DNA of 64,000 bases from Candidatus Altimarinota bacterium (GCA_041242255.1 JBESAV010000001.1:416001-480000); one strand, 5' to 3'; shown: positions 46,835 through 57,250, counted from the first letter of the stretch. The notes: a model not told the origin generated them from the sequence alone. Numbers and translations are program-made.

Positions 46835-49247
46835 TAATCTTCCCAGGAACGTAGATCTCTTTCACCACATCTTTACCTTCTAGAGAACCTGCCACTACTT
46901 CACGTGATTTTTCCAAAGCTGACTCACGAGCTTCATCTACACCAAGCTCCACTTCACCACGAAGCTTCCCATTAACTTGAACTCCAAGAGTCACCACATC
47001 GTCCACCAACATTTCTGGATTAGCCTCAGGCCAAACTTTCCCCGCAGCAAACAAACTTTCCTCATGCTCTAAAACATCCATCCAGATCTCTTCAGCCATA
47101 TGAGGAGCAAGAGGGGAGATAAGGGTAACAATTTTTTCTTTAGCATCACGAGTTAACCCTTTCTTAGAGGCTAGATTGGTGAATTCCATCAAAGCACTCA
47201 GACAAGTGTTAAACTGCAGGTTTTCCATATCAGTAGTAATACTATCAATGACCTTATGAAGTTTTTTCTCCACTTCCTTATCCAGCTCAGAAACTTCCGG
47301 AGATAAAAGCATCTTCCAGAATTTATCTCTAAATCTCAAAACTCCAGTTATCCCAGTATCACTCCAGTCACCACCGTCAGCAAAAGGTCCCATAAACATC
47401 AAGTACATTTTCAAGATATCACTTCCATGTTTCTCTACATATTCATCGGGATTTACGACATTACCTTTAGACTTACTCATTTTCGCACCATCTTTGGTGA
47501 TTAGACCTTGATGGAAAAGCCTAAGTGTAGGTTCTTTATGATCCACATATCCAAGCTTTTGCATCACCATATTCACAAACCTCACATACAAAAGGTGCAT
47601 AGTCGCATGTTCCGAACCACCGATGTACATATCAATCGGTGCCCATTTCTTAGCCAAAGCTTTATCAATTGCTTGAGTATCATCATTTGCGTTAGGGTAT
47701 CTCAAGTAGTACCACGAAGAACACACAAAAGTATCCAAAGTATCAGTTTCACGTTTTGCATTACCACCGCAAGAAGGACACTTACAATTCACAAACTCTT
47801 CTGAGGTCGCCAAAGGAGCTTTCCATTTCGGCTGATAATCTACATCTCTAGGTAGTTCTACCGGAAGATCGCTTACTGGTACAGGAACAACCCCACAGTC
47901 ATCACAGTACACCACTGGAATTGGCGCTCCCCAATACCTCTGGCGAGAAACCGACCAATCCCTAAGTCTATAAGTTGTTTTAGCTGAACCTTTCCCAATA
48001 GCTTCAAGTTTTGCAGTAATACCTTCTTTCACTTTCTCAGAAATCTCCCCGTCAAATTCACCAGAGTTCTTAGCAATTCCATAACCAGTAAAGATTTCTT
48101 CCTCTCCTTTATCTCCATCTATGACTTCTATGATATCCAGTTTGTATTTCTTAGCAAATTCATAGTCTCGTTTATCATGAGCCGGAACAGCCATGATAGC
48201 TCCAGTTCCATAACTTCCAATCACATAATCCGCCACCCAAATCGGAACAGGCTTACCATTAATAGGGTTTTCAGCATATGAACCAGTAAATACACCAGTC
48301 TTTTCTTTACCTTCTGCCGATCTTTCAATTTCATTTTTCATCAAAGCAGCCTTGATGTACTTCTCACATTGCTCTCTGTAATCATCAGCCAAAAGCTCAT
48401 CAACCATTGGATGCTCTGGTGCCACAACCATATAAGTCGCACCATACAAGGTATCCGCTCTTGTTGAGAAAGCTACTAGGCTTTCTCCAGTTTTTTCCGT
48501 ATACCCACTATCTTCACTTAAAAGATCAAACACTATCTCAGTTCCTTCACTTTTCCCAATCCAATTCTCCTGCATTTTTCGGGTTTTTTCTGGCCAATCC
48601 GTTCCACTAAAGTCCAAAAGATCTTCTGCAAAATCAGTAATCTTAAAGTACCACTGTTTCATAAGTTTTTTCTCAACCACAGCTCCTGATCTCTCAGCAG
48701 TTCCATCCGCTAGAACCTGCTCGTTCGCTAAAACAGTTTGGTCAACTGGATCCCAATTCACCAAAGACTCAGCTTGGTAAGCCAAACCTTCTTCCAGCAT
48801 TTTCAAAAACAACCATTGCGTCCACTTATAGTACTCTGGAGAAGAAGTGATCACCTGCTTACTCCAGTCCCACATTCCACCCATTTCTGAGATTTGTTTT
48901 TTCATTGTAGCTACGTTTGTCGAGATACTATCCTCAGGATGTACCCCAGTTTTGATCGCATAATTCTCAGCTGGCAAACCAAAACTATCAAACCCCATAG
49001 GTTGAAAAACAGTCTTACCTGTTAGCCTCATATATCTTCCAAAAGTATCAACACCTCCGTAATTCAACCAGTGTCCCATATGCAAATTCGACCCAGAAGG
49101 GTAGGGAAACATGGTTAGATTATAAAACTTATCCTCCTCAGGAGTACCCTCAATATCTACTTCATGTAGTTTATCTTCCGCCCATTTCTTTCTCCACTTC
49201 TTTTCAACCTCTACTGCATTGTATTCTCTAACTTTATTTTTAGACAT
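46815..49247 (-). CDS. leuS: leucine--tRNA ligase
   Basis: MFPYPSG.LHMGH, editing domain, RDWSVSRQRYWG, KMSKSKGN, VQVNGKLRG. Confidence 0.98.
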   Translation of the reverse strand: MSKNKVREYNAVEVEKKWRKKWAEDKLHEVDIEGTPEEDKFYNLTMFPYPSGSNLHMGHWLNYGGVDTFGRYMRLTGKTVFQPMGFDSFGLPAENYAIKTGVHPEDSISTNVATMKKQISEMGGMWDWSKQVITSSPEYYKWTQWLFLKMLEEGLAYQAESLVNWDPVDQTVLANEQVLADGTAERSGAVVEKKLMKQWYFKITDFAEDLLDFSGTDWPEKTRKMQENWIGKSEGTEIVFDLLSEDSGYTEKTGESLVAFSTRADTLYGATYMVVAPEHPMVDELLADDYREQCEKYIKAALMKNEIERSAEGKEKTGVFTGSYAENPINGKPVPIWVADYVIGSYGTGAIMAVPAHDKRDYEFAKKYKLDIIEVIDGDKGEEEIFTGYGIAKNSGEFDGEISEKVKEGITAKLEAIGKGSAKTTYRLRDWSVSRQRYWGAPIPVVYCDDCGVVPVPVSDLPVELPRDVDYQPKWKAPLATSEEFVNCKCPSCGGNAKRETDTLDTFVCSSWYYLRYPNANDDTQAIDKALAKKWAPIDMYIGGSEHATMHLLYVRFVNMVMQKLGYVDHKEPTLRLFHQGLITKDGAKMSKSKGNVVNPDEYVEKHGSDILKMYLMFMGPFADGGDWSDTGITGVLRFRDKFWKMLLSPEVSELDKEVEKKLHKVIDSITTDMENLQFNTCLSALMEFTNLASKKGLTRDAKEKIVTLISPLAPHMAEEIWMDVLEHEESLFAAGKVWPEANPEMLVDDVVTLGVQVNGKLRGEVELGVDEARESALEKSREVVAGSLEGKDVVKEIYVPGKIINFVVK

Positions 49248-49300
49248 ATTTGAAAATTAATTTGCTCCAAATATATCAGCAATAAGCCACTTCCACAACT

Positions 49301-49966
49301 CTATCCAGCAATCTTAAAACTAATCAACTCAGCCTTTTTCCTAAGCTCAAAAAGCATGTAAATTCTTTTAGCTTTTACCACATACCCTTTCTCAATCATC
49401 AAATCTAAAAACCATCTTTGCCTAGGAGATAATTCAAGCCCATAACTTCTAAAACCACTTAATCCCTCCACCTCAGCCTCAACTATTTCATCCAATCTCA
49501 TTTTGATCCTCTCCAGATTTCTTTTTTGCCTATCTACTTCAAATTCCAGATCTGATTGCCCATATCTATTCAAGTATTGAAGTTTACCTGAGTAGTAAGG
49601 CCAAGTTTGAATCTTATTTAAAACACCGTATATTCGACAAACCTCTTCAGTAAGTTCCAGATTATCATCTTTAATCCATTTATCCTCCAGGTCATCTCTA
49701 AGGATATGAGACAAACAAACATTCACATACATATCCACACTAGAAACAATTTCCTCAATTTCTTTTGCTTCATTTTCATCATAGAACTCAATTTCTTTTT
49801 CACTAATAGCATCTTCATAATCCATAATTAGGGGACCATCATCCAAAACCTCAGGTGAACTTTTACAAGAACCTATAAAAACACTCAAAACCAAAAATAC
49901 TTTCAAAGCATTCGAAAATTCAAACTCATCCAGATATCTAAACCCATTAAGTTTATCCATATACAA
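49301..49966 (-). CDS. hypothetical protein, possible lipoprotein
   Basis: Hydrophobic segment ending FIGSC. Confidence 0.6.
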   Translation of the reverse strand: MYMDKLNGFRYLDEFEFSNALKVFLVLSVFIGSCKSSPEVLDDGPLIMDYEDAISEKEIEFYDENEAKEIEEIVSSVDMYVNVCLSHILRDDLEDKWIKDDNLELTEEVCRIYGVLNKIQTWPYYSGKLQYLNRYGQSDLEFEVDRQKRNLERIKMRLDEIVEAEVEGLSGFRSYGLELSPRQRWFLDLMIEKGYVVKAKRIYMLFELRKKAELISFKIAG

Positions 49967-50013
49967 AAATAAAGGCTTTCATTATAAAACTAATTCACTA
50001 TAAAGCAAACTAC

Positions 50014-50715
50014 TTACAACTCAAACCCCTTAGGCCCAACTATTACCACAAATTCACCCTTTAGAGACTTTCTTCCACCAAACTCTTCAGCAGCCTCCTT
50101 TAGATTTCCTCTCCAAAACTCCTCATACATTTTAGTAATCTCTCTTCCCACACATATCATCCGAGAATCATCTACAAAATCATTCATCTGCTTCAAGGTC
50201 TTCGTAATCCTATGAACAGATTCATAAAAAACTACAGACTTATCCGAAAGCTCATCCTCAATTTGTTTAAAAATAGTCTGACGTCCTTTCTTTGCTGGCA
50301 AAAATCCTAAGTAAGTAAACTTATCAGCGGGAAATCCAGATGCACTCAAGGCTCCAATCACAGCCGACGCCCCGGGAATAGGGGATACAGTAAGCCCAGC
50401 TGATACAGCACCATTCACTAGCAAGTAACCCGGATCAGATATACAAGGCGTACCAGCGTCCGAAACAAGAGCTACACTTTTACCATCTTTCAACTCTTCC
50501 AATAAGCTATCAACTTTCCCCGAACCACTTCTACTGTGAAAACTAACCAGTCTCCCATTATTTGGGATCTCAAGTCTTTCCAAAAGTTTCCCTGTTACTC
50601 TCGTATCTTCACAAGCAATTACATCAACCTCCTCCAAAGTCCTCATAGCTCTTACAGTAATATCCTCCATATTTCCAATTGGAGTCGCAACCACAAACAA
50701 AGTTCCAGTTTCCAT
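50014..50715 (-). CDS. rsmI: 16S rRNA C1402 2'-O-methyltransferase
   Basis: VATPIGNMEDIT.RA, ACEDTRVT, VSDAGTPCISDPG, YESVHRI, REITKMYEE, KGEFV. Confidence 0.96.
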   Translation of the reverse strand: METGTLFVVATPIGNMEDITVRAMRTLEEVDVIACEDTRVTGKLLERLEIPNNGRLVSFHSRSGSGKVDSLLEELKDGKSVALVSDAGTPCISDPGYLLVNGAVSAGLTVSPIPGASAVIGALSASGFPADKFTYLGFLPAKKGRQTIFKQIEDELSDKSVVFYESVHRITKTLKQMNDFVDDSRMICVGREITKMYEEFWRGNLKEAAEEFGGRKSLKGEFVVIVGPKGFEL

Positions 50716-50885
50716 TATCTAAGATTTTTTAAAAAACCTGGTGCCAAAAAGTGCACTAACAAAACCATTATAGCCGGTACCCACCAAGGATACATTGGCA
50801 CAAATAGGAATAAAATTGTTAGAAGTAAAAGATTTACCTTAACAAAGAATACTATCCACGCCTCAAATGATCTAGATTCTAACAT
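50715..50885 (-). CDS. 56-aa two-TM small membrane protein, not in the ORF track
   Basis: MLESRSFEAWIVFFVKVNLLLLTILFLFVPMYPWWVPAIMVLLVHFLAPGFLKNLR*. Its TAA overlaps the rsmI ATG (TAATG). Confidence 0.7.
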   Translation of the reverse strand: MLESRSFEAWIVFFVKVNLLLLTILFLFVPMYPWWVPAIMVLLVHFLAPGFLKNLR

Positions 50886-50941
50886 TTTAAATCAATTTAT
50901 ATTGTTTCAAACCTACCACAAATTCAAAAATCATCAACCCC

Positions 50942-51499
50942 TCAAGCCTTAGGCTTAGTTATATTCGGCTCTTTTACATAGTTTGGTTCCAATCCCTCCA
51001 CGTCTTTGACCAAAGCACCCATTTCCATAATTTCTCTAAATCTTTCTTCAAAAACTTCTTGAACCTTCATCTCAGAAACCAAAAATCCATCTACCTCATC
51101 TTTTTCAACTAACTCAAAACTAGCATCCTTCATATCAACCTTATACATTTTTCCACTACCAGCATTTAAGTAAACTAATTCATACTTATCTGCTATAGCT
51201 CCTTTCAAATATTCAAAAGTATTCATAGTCACTAAGTCTATCTTTAATCCAACCGCTAAAGCTCGTCCAACAATAAATCCAATTCTCACTGTCGTAAAAG
51301 AACCAGGCCCAATCACAACTACAACCTCCTTCAGGTCATCTTTTACCAGACCATTATCTTTCAACATTTTGTCTATATTTGGTAATAGCTTCTTTGATTC
51401 CTGACGGTCTACCTTCCAAGACCTAGTATCTACTAGGCCTTCAGAGCTAATCACTGCTATCAAAACTTCATGTAGGCACGTATTTATAAAAAGTTTCAT
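50942..51499 (-). CDS. tsaB: tRNA threonylcarbamoyladenosine biosynthesis protein TsaB
   Basis: LFINT, SKKLLPNI, GPGSFTTVRIG, LEPNYVKEPNIT. Confidence 0.88.
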   Translation of the reverse strand: MKLFINTCLHEVLIAVISSEGLVDTRSWKVDRQESKKLLPNIDKMLKDNGLVKDDLKEVVVVIGPGSFTTVRIGFIVGRALAVGLKIDLVTMNTFEYLKGAIADKYELVYLNAGSGKMYKVDMKDASFELVEKDEVDGFLVSEMKVQEVFEERFREIMEMGALVKDVEGLEPNYVKEPNITKPKA

Positions 51500-51508
51500 C
51501 TAAATTTC

Positions 51509-54118
51509 TTAATATTTTTCTACTATCTCAATTCCTTTCAAGTAGTAATTTATGATTTCCTCATAAGTATAACCAATCTCTGCCATTCCACTAGCCCCAC
51601 ATCCGGATATACCTACACCATGACCCCATAGTTTACCTTCACCACCTTTACAGAAACTATCATCAACACTAGTCAAATAAGGAGCTTTAAACCTAGACCA
51701 ACCCCAAACTTCTCTTGGAGTTCTAGTTCTACCATCACTTTCACTAAAGTAGGGGATAACTACATCATAATCAAACCAAGTAATAGTCTCTCCTTTGGTA
51801 GCAAGTACCGCTTTTTTGTTTAGGGAACTTCTCATCTCAAAACCATATCCAAGGTATTTTTGACTACTCTCAGGTGAGTCATTTAGATGATACGGTTTTC
51901 CTTTATACTTCAAACCTCGACCGTGTCCATTTGAGTAATAATAAGCATAACTCCTCGCAGCTACTACAATAGTCTTTGCCTTTTCAATATGTTCACTATC
52001 AGGAACCTCAGCTAATCCTAGCAGGTAAGACTCTATCCCAAGTTCATTTATCAATCTCATCTTCCCATCAACAATCCTAAACTCACTTACCCCTCTAAAC
52101 TTATTATCATTTAGTTTTGTATTCCAAGCCGGTCTATTAGCATAGTTTACTATTTTCAAAACCTTTTCATCCACCTCGCCTTCAGGAATTATCCTAATCA
52201 CACTTCCTTGCCACTCTTCATCATCTTTTTTAACCTTCAATGCCTCACCCTCCTGCCAAATAGTAATCTGTTCATCAACTCCAATCTCAACAGACTCACC
52301 ATCAACTACAATACTAAATTCATCACTACCTTCTACGTAAGTTTTTTCTAGATCAAATTTACTAATTAGCACTCTCACTCTCGGGTCATTGACTTCAACT
52401 GCACTATTACTAGTCACACTATACGAACTTGAACTATTAACTTGAAAAACATTATTTGTTGTACTCGTATTGCTTGTAGAGACATTGGTACTCGAAGTTG
52501 TGCTCGATGAACTACTCGAAGTATTTCGGTTTCTATAAAAAGCAGCAAAAGGATTAGCTATAGTTGGAGCATCATCTTGTGAACCTTCAGGAACTGAATC
52601 ATTTTCATTCACTTCATATTCGATATCTGGCTTAACATAAGCTCCAAGTTTTAAATCAGAGTTTGAAACTTTCCTTCCATTCACATATAGCTCAGCATCT
52701 ATCTCATATAAGCCCGCCGCAGCTTTACCATAAAACTGTCCATCAAAAGTTCCTATCTGCCCACTACGTGTATTATCCTTAAGCATAAATTTTGTCTGCT
52801 CAGAACCAAGTACGTCATTATTAGAATGACTCACCAAGAGATAGGTGTTACTACTATTCCAAGATTTTCCACTCAGATTTCTAACTGAAGGATCAAGATT
52901 TCCAGTAGTCAGATAACCACTATTTACATCACCAGTCAGACTAGTAATCGATTCAACCTCATAATCCAAGTTATCATCAGCTTTACTAACCAAGTTTCTC
53001 AAAATCGGTAAAAAGGATCTCCCGTATATTCCAGGACAAGAAGTAGCACTGTAGTCACCATGCCCACCAAGTACAGGGTAGCTTCTTCCTTCATAAGTAT
53101 CGTAGCTATTCACATCAAGATTGTAATCATCAGCTAACGATCTAAGTAGTTTAGCCAAAGACTCCAAAGTAGCTTCAGGCACATCCTCATTCTGATAATT
53201 TCCTAAAAGCGAAATCCCAACAGAGACTTTATTAACCTCTCTAGAGTGCCCACCAATCACATCTCTACCACCAGCTCTTCCTTCATAAATATTTCCTTGT
53301 CTATCGATTATATAGTTATACCCAATATCACCCCATCCTCTACTAACAGCATGGTAATATTGAATATTCCTAATAGCCTGCCTCGGATCATCTAAGTTTG
53401 CTGTCGTAGCTGTGTGATGAACCGCTAGAAATTTCACGTCATTTGTATACTGCAAAGGCCATTTCAAAAGATTCCCATCCATTTCAGTTTCAATCCTTGA
53501 AACATTCTCATTTTCCAAGTACTCAGCTACTGCCTCCCAGTCTTCATCTGTATATTCATCAGTATAATTCAAACTATCATCAGCCCCCCAAGAATTTCTA
53601 GATATGATTAAGAAATTATCATTTATATCTTCAAGACTGGCCACTTGGGAAGTACTAGCCACTACATTTTCAAAATTCTCATTAACATTAATTACTTCCC
53701 AGTTAACCAAATCCACCATCGGTAAAACTGAATCAGCTCCACTTCTCATATTAAATCGAAACTGAAAACCATATGAATCATTTGAGTTAACCAAATTCTC
53801 AAAGTTTTCGTAAACATCATGACTGTGAGATCTTACATCTGTATTTTCAGTTAATAAAACCCACTCAGACCAGCCACCATTTTCATCCAGTAATCTGACA
53901 TACCCATTAATCAAATCATCAGCCGACATTTTCACATCAAACTCATATATCAGACCAGTAAATTTCTCAGTTTTATACTCTTGTGATAAAAAAGTCTGAC
54001 TACTAAGTCTAGTTTTATTACCAACCTTAAAATCTCCACTTTTCCCAGAAGAATAACCAGGTAAAACCAAAATTGTTAATATCAATCCCGTTAATAGCCT
54101 CACAAAATTACTCCTCAT
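51509..54118 (-). CDS. exported Amidase_2 (PGRP-like) plus SpoIID/LytB-domain fusion
   Basis: ISRNSWGA, VHHTA, WGDIGYNY, GHGDYSATSCPG; Ser/Thr linker; INELGIESYLLGLAE, AARSYA, GHGVGISGCGA..MA. Confidence 0.88.
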   Translation of the reverse strand: MRSNFVRLLTGLILTILVLPGYSSGKSGDFKVGNKTRLSSQTFLSQEYKTEKFTGLIYEFDVKMSADDLINGYVRLLDENGGWSEWVLLTENTDVRSHSHDVYENFENLVNSNDSYGFQFRFNMRSGADSVLPMVDLVNWEVINVNENFENVVASTSQVASLEDINDNFLIISRNSWGADDSLNYTDEYTDEDWEAVAEYLENENVSRIETEMDGNLLKWPLQYTNDVKFLAVHHTATTANLDDPRQAIRNIQYYHAVSRGWGDIGYNYIIDRQGNIYEGRAGGRDVIGGHSREVNKVSVGISLLGNYQNEDVPEATLESLAKLLRSLADDYNLDVNSYDTYEGRSYPVLGGHGDYSATSCPGIYGRSFLPILRNLVSKADDNLDYEVESITSLTGDVNSGYLTTGNLDPSVRNLSGKSWNSSNTYLLVSHSNNDVLGSEQTKFMLKDNTRSGQIGTFDGQFYGKAAAGLYEIDAELYVNGRKVSNSDLKLGAYVKPDIEYEVNENDSVPEGSQDDAPTIANPFAAFYRNRNTSSSSSSTTSSTNVSTSNTSTTNNVFQVNSSSSYSVTSNSAVEVNDPRVRVLISKFDLEKTYVEGSDEFSIVVDGESVEIGVDEQITIWQEGEALKVKKDDEEWQGSVIRIIPEGEVDEKVLKIVNYANRPAWNTKLNDNKFRGVSEFRIVDGKMRLINELGIESYLLGLAEVPDSEHIEKAKTIVVAARSYAYYYSNGHGRGLKYKGKPYHLNDSPESSQKYLGYGFEMRSSLNKKAVLATKGETITWFDYDVVIPYFSESDGRTRTPREVWGWSRFKAPYLTSVDDSFCKGGEGKLWGHGVGISGCGASGMAEIGYTYEEIINYYLKGIEIVEKY

Positions 54119-54212
54119 ATCAAAAAATTATGTATATCAATTATACTCCCAACCAGTTTCCATACAAATTGTAATTCGGTATAATGATTACATAAGATTT
54201 AAACAAACAACC

Positions 54213-54527
54213 ATGCAAGTTGTAACTAAAGACGAATTAAACAATTTACTTGAATCATCAGATACTCCAGTATTTGTTGACTACTACGCAGATTGGTGTG
54301 GTCCTTGCAAAATGCTTGCCCCAATCATCGAAAAACTAGCTCCTGAATTCGAAGGGAAAGTAAAAATCGTAAAAGTAGATATCGACGACCAAGAAGAATT
54401 AGCCGGAGAACAAAACGTTCGATCAATCCCAACACTTATCGCATACAAAGACGGAAAAGAACACGAAAGAATTGTTGGGTTTCAGTCAGAAGATGCCCTC
54501 AGAAAAACACTTGAAGGTCTAAGCTAA
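54213..54527 (+). CDS. trxA: thioredoxin
   Basis: WCGPC, VRSIPT. Confidence 0.96.
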   Translation: MQVVTKDELNNLLESSDTPVFVDYYADWCGPCKMLAPIIEKLAPEFEGKVKIVKVDIDDQEELAGEQNVRSIPTLIAYKDGKEHERIVGFQSEDALRKTLEGLS

Positions 54528-54538
54528 TTCCAAATTCC

Positions 54539-54571
54539 AAAAAAGCCTTATCAAAACGTAAGGCTTTTTTT
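54539..54571 (+). terminator. intrinsic terminator after trxA
   Basis: aaaaaagcctta-N8-taaggcttttttt. Confidence 0.8.
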
Positions 54572-54584
54572 ATTATAGTCAAAA

Positions 54585-55298
54585 ATGAACTCACAAATCC
54601 AACTTCCACAAGACTGGCTCAATCTCCTAAAAGACGAATTCCAAAAACCATATTTCCAAAAAATAAAACTTTTCCTAGAGCAAGAAATCCGAGATAACCA
54701 AACTTTCTACCCAAAACCATCTGAGATATTTAATGCCTTCAAGCAAACTGCCCTCCAAGATTTAAAAGTTATAATTCTTGGACAAGACCCGTACCATTCA
54801 GTCGAATTCCTAGACCAACAAAAATTACCACACGCTCACGGTTTAAGCTTCTCTATACCTATCGATGCCAAGAAAGTACCTCCAAGTCTCAAAAACATCT
54901 ACAAAGAATTAAAAGAAGATCTCGGTAAAGAAAACTTCATCATCCCAACTCACGGAAACCTCACCAAGTGGGCCAACCAAGGAGTTCTCCTCCTCAACTC
55001 GACCTTAACCGTCCGCGCCCACCAAGCAAATTCACATTCTAAAATTGGCTGGCAGGAATTCACAGATACAGTCATCAAAAAAATATCTTCAGAAACAGAA
55101 AACAAAGTTTTCATTCTTTGGGGAAACTATGCCCGTTCCAAAAAAGAACTAATTGATACCACGAGACATCTGGTCTTAGAGTCACCGCATCCATCTCCAT
55201 TTTCTGCTCGAAAAGGCTTCTTTGGGAGCAAACCTTTCTCCAAAGCCAACCAATACCTTCAAAATCACAATCAAAAACCTATTGATTGGCAACCTTAG
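54585..55298 (+). CDS. ung: uracil-DNA glycosylase family 1
   Basis: GQDPYH, AHGLSFS, PPSLKNI, GVLLLN, HPSPFS. Confidence 0.97.
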   Translation: MNSQIQLPQDWLNLLKDEFQKPYFQKIKLFLEQEIRDNQTFYPKPSEIFNAFKQTALQDLKVIILGQDPYHSVEFLDQQKLPHAHGLSFSIPIDAKKVPPSLKNIYKELKEDLGKENFIIPTHGNLTKWANQGVLLLNSTLTVRAHQANSHSKIGWQEFTDTVIKKISSETENKVFILWGNYARSKKELIDTTRHLVLESPHPSPFSARKGFFGSKPFSKANQYLQNHNQKPIDWQP

Positions 55299-55731
55299 TC
55301 GCTTCCATTCTGGCAAGATCATCTACCCTTTCATTCTCTGGGTGACCATTATGAGCTTTTACCCATTTCCAGTGAAATTTATTATTTCTTCGTAAGCATT
55401 TCATATAGTGAGCATCAATCGGTCCCCATAGATCAGTATTAGCCTTCTTCTTCCAACCTTTTGTAAAAGTAGACACCACTAAGTTAGAATCAGAATAAAC
55501 ATAAACCACGGAGTCACTAATATTATGATGGTTAAAAAGCTCAAGCATCTTAAGTATAGCTGTCATCTCCATCCTGTTATTTGTTGTCTTTGGCTGACCT
55601 CCAGACCATTCAATTTCATTGATAAGCTCATGACTATCAAAATCTTTTTTCTTCAGAAGTAAACCCCAACCTCCCGGCCCAGGATTTCCTAAACAACTAC
55701 CATCACTATAAACTTCTATTATAAATTTCAT
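55279..55731 (-). CDS. rnhA: ribonuclease HI
   Basis: YSDGSCLGNPGPGGWG, TTNNRMEM, SDS, WVKAHNGHPENERVD. Confidence 0.95.
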   Translation of the reverse strand: MKFIIEVYSDGSCLGNPGPGGWGLLLKKKDFDSHELINEIEWSGGQPKTTNNRMEMTAILKMLELFNHHNISDSVVYVYSDSNLVVSTFTKGWKKKANTDLWGPIDAHYMKCLRRNNKFHWKWVKAHNGHPENERVDDLARMEATKVANQ

Positions 55732-55870
55732 GCAAATAATTATTTTCAACATCATATATCCTCACAACATAATTTCAAACTACTTGACAAATTAGAATAA
55801 ATTGTCAAAAATAAAGCTAGTAGAAATAAGCCTCATTCCGAGCGCTTATAACTCAAACAGGAGGAAGACA

Positions 55871-56041
55871 ATGTTCTTTGGATTCTCTTTGACTCCCAAA
55901 AACATCCTTATTCTGATGGTCGTTTCCATCCTCAGTGAGATAGACCTGATGGTAATGAGGCTCGAAGAAATACCATTTATTGGTTCGATAGTCGCCTTCA
56001 CACATTGGGCCATCAGGGGAGACCACCGCGTCGGCTTCTGA
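55871..56041 (+). CDS. 56-aa hydrophobic small protein with strong SD
   Basis: AGGAGG at 55859-55864, ATG at 55871, terminator downstream. Confidence 0.65.
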   Translation: MFFGFSLTPKNILILMVVSILSEIDLMVMRLEEIPFIGSIVAFTHWAIRGDHRVGF

Positions 56042-56057
56042 AGGCCCACCTCCACCC

Positions 56058-56093
56058 GACCCACATAGTCAAAAGCTGTGTGGGTCTTTCTTT
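56058..56093 (+). terminator. intrinsic terminator
   Basis: gacccacatag-tcaaaag-ctgtgtgggtc-tttcttt. Confidence 0.85.
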
Positions 56094-56155
56094 ATACTCC
56101 ATTGACACCAAACCACAAAACCCTACAATTCACCCAACAAATAAACCAAAGCCAA

Positions 56156-57250
56156 ATGTCACTTCAAATAGGAATCGTCGGACTCCCAAACGTTGGGAAA
56201 TCAACTCTCTTCAATGCCCTGACTAAATCCCAAGGAGCCCAAGCAGCCAACTACCCATTCTGTACAATCGACCCAAATGTCGGAATAGTAGAAGTTCCAG
56301 ACGACCGCCTCAAAAAAATAACTGCCATAGCCGAACCAGAAAAAGTTATTCCGACAATCATCGAATTCGTTGATATCGCCGGACTAGTGAAAGGTGCCTC
56401 AGAAGGGGAGGGCCTAGGTAACCAGTTCTTAGCTAACATCAGACAAGTTGATGCCATTGCCCATGTAGTAAGAATGTTCGAAGATGACGACATTCATCAT
56501 GTCCACGGAAAAGTTGACCCTGCCTCTGATAGGGAAGTCATCGAAATGGAATTAATCCTGGCTGACCTCCAAACAGTTACTAAAAGATACGAGAAATCCA
56601 AATCAGAAGCTAAGTCAGGAAACAAAGAAAAGTTAGCCTACCTTGAACTAATTACTGGGCTCAAAGAACACCTAGAAGCAGGGGAGAAAGCTATCACTTT
56701 CACTCAAGACGAAGAAAAACTAAAACTTCTCAAAGATCTTCATCTACTCACAGCCAAAAAATTCATGTACATCTGTAACCTTCTTGAAAGCGATGTTGCC
56801 GAAGCAAACCCAGATGATCTTAGAAGTAAGTTAGGTCTTAGCCAAAACGAACCAGTAATCCCAGTTTCTGCTCAAGTAGAACAAGAATTAATCTCCTTCG
56901 ACGAAGAAGAAGCCAAGGAGTTCCTTCAAGAACTAGGCCTAAAAGAATCAGGTCTAAACGCAGTTATAAGAACTGCTTATGACTTGCTTGATCTACAAAC
57001 CTACTTTACGGCTGGAAAGAAAGAAGTTCGAGCCTGGACAGTTCGCAAAGGAGCCACAGCTCCACAAGCAGCCGGAGTTATCCACACTGATTTTGAAAAA
57101 GGCTTCATCAAAGCCGAAGTCATTGCTTACCAAGACTACATCGACTGCAATGGAGAATCTGGAGCAAAAGAAAAAGGAAAACTCCGCCTGGAAGGTAAAG
57201 ACTACCTAGTCCAAGACGGAGATGTAATGCACTTCAAGTTCAACAACTAA
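56156..57250 (+). CDS. ychF: ribosome-binding ATPase YchF (start revised to ATG 56156)
   Basis: GIVGLPNVGKSTLFN, ANYPFCTIDPN, DIAGLVKGAS, AAGVIHTDF. Promoter TTGACA-16-TACAAT at 56102-56129. Confidence 0.97.
   Translation: MSLQIGIVGLPNVGKSTLFNALTKSQGAQAANYPFCTIDPNVGIVEVPDDRLKKITAIAEPEKVIPTIIEFVDIAGLVKGASEGEGLGNQFLANIRQVDAIAHVVRMFEDDDIHHVHGKVDPASDREVIEMELILADLQTVTKRYEKSKSEAKSGNKEKLAYLELITGLKEHLEAGEKAITFTQDEEKLKLLKDLHLLTAKKFMYICNLLESDVAEANPDDLRSKLGLSQNEPVIPVSAQVEQELISFDEEEAKEFLQELGLKESGLNAVIRTAYDLLDLQTYFTAGKKEVRAWTVRKGATAPQAAGVIHTDFEKGFIKAEVIAYQDYIDCNGESGAKEKGKLRLEGKDYLVQDGDVMHFKFNN

Noticed and set aside
50536-50952. 138-aa plus-strand ORF and the many other short antisense ORFs in the track
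   Set aside because: These are shadow ORFs opposite well-supported genes.
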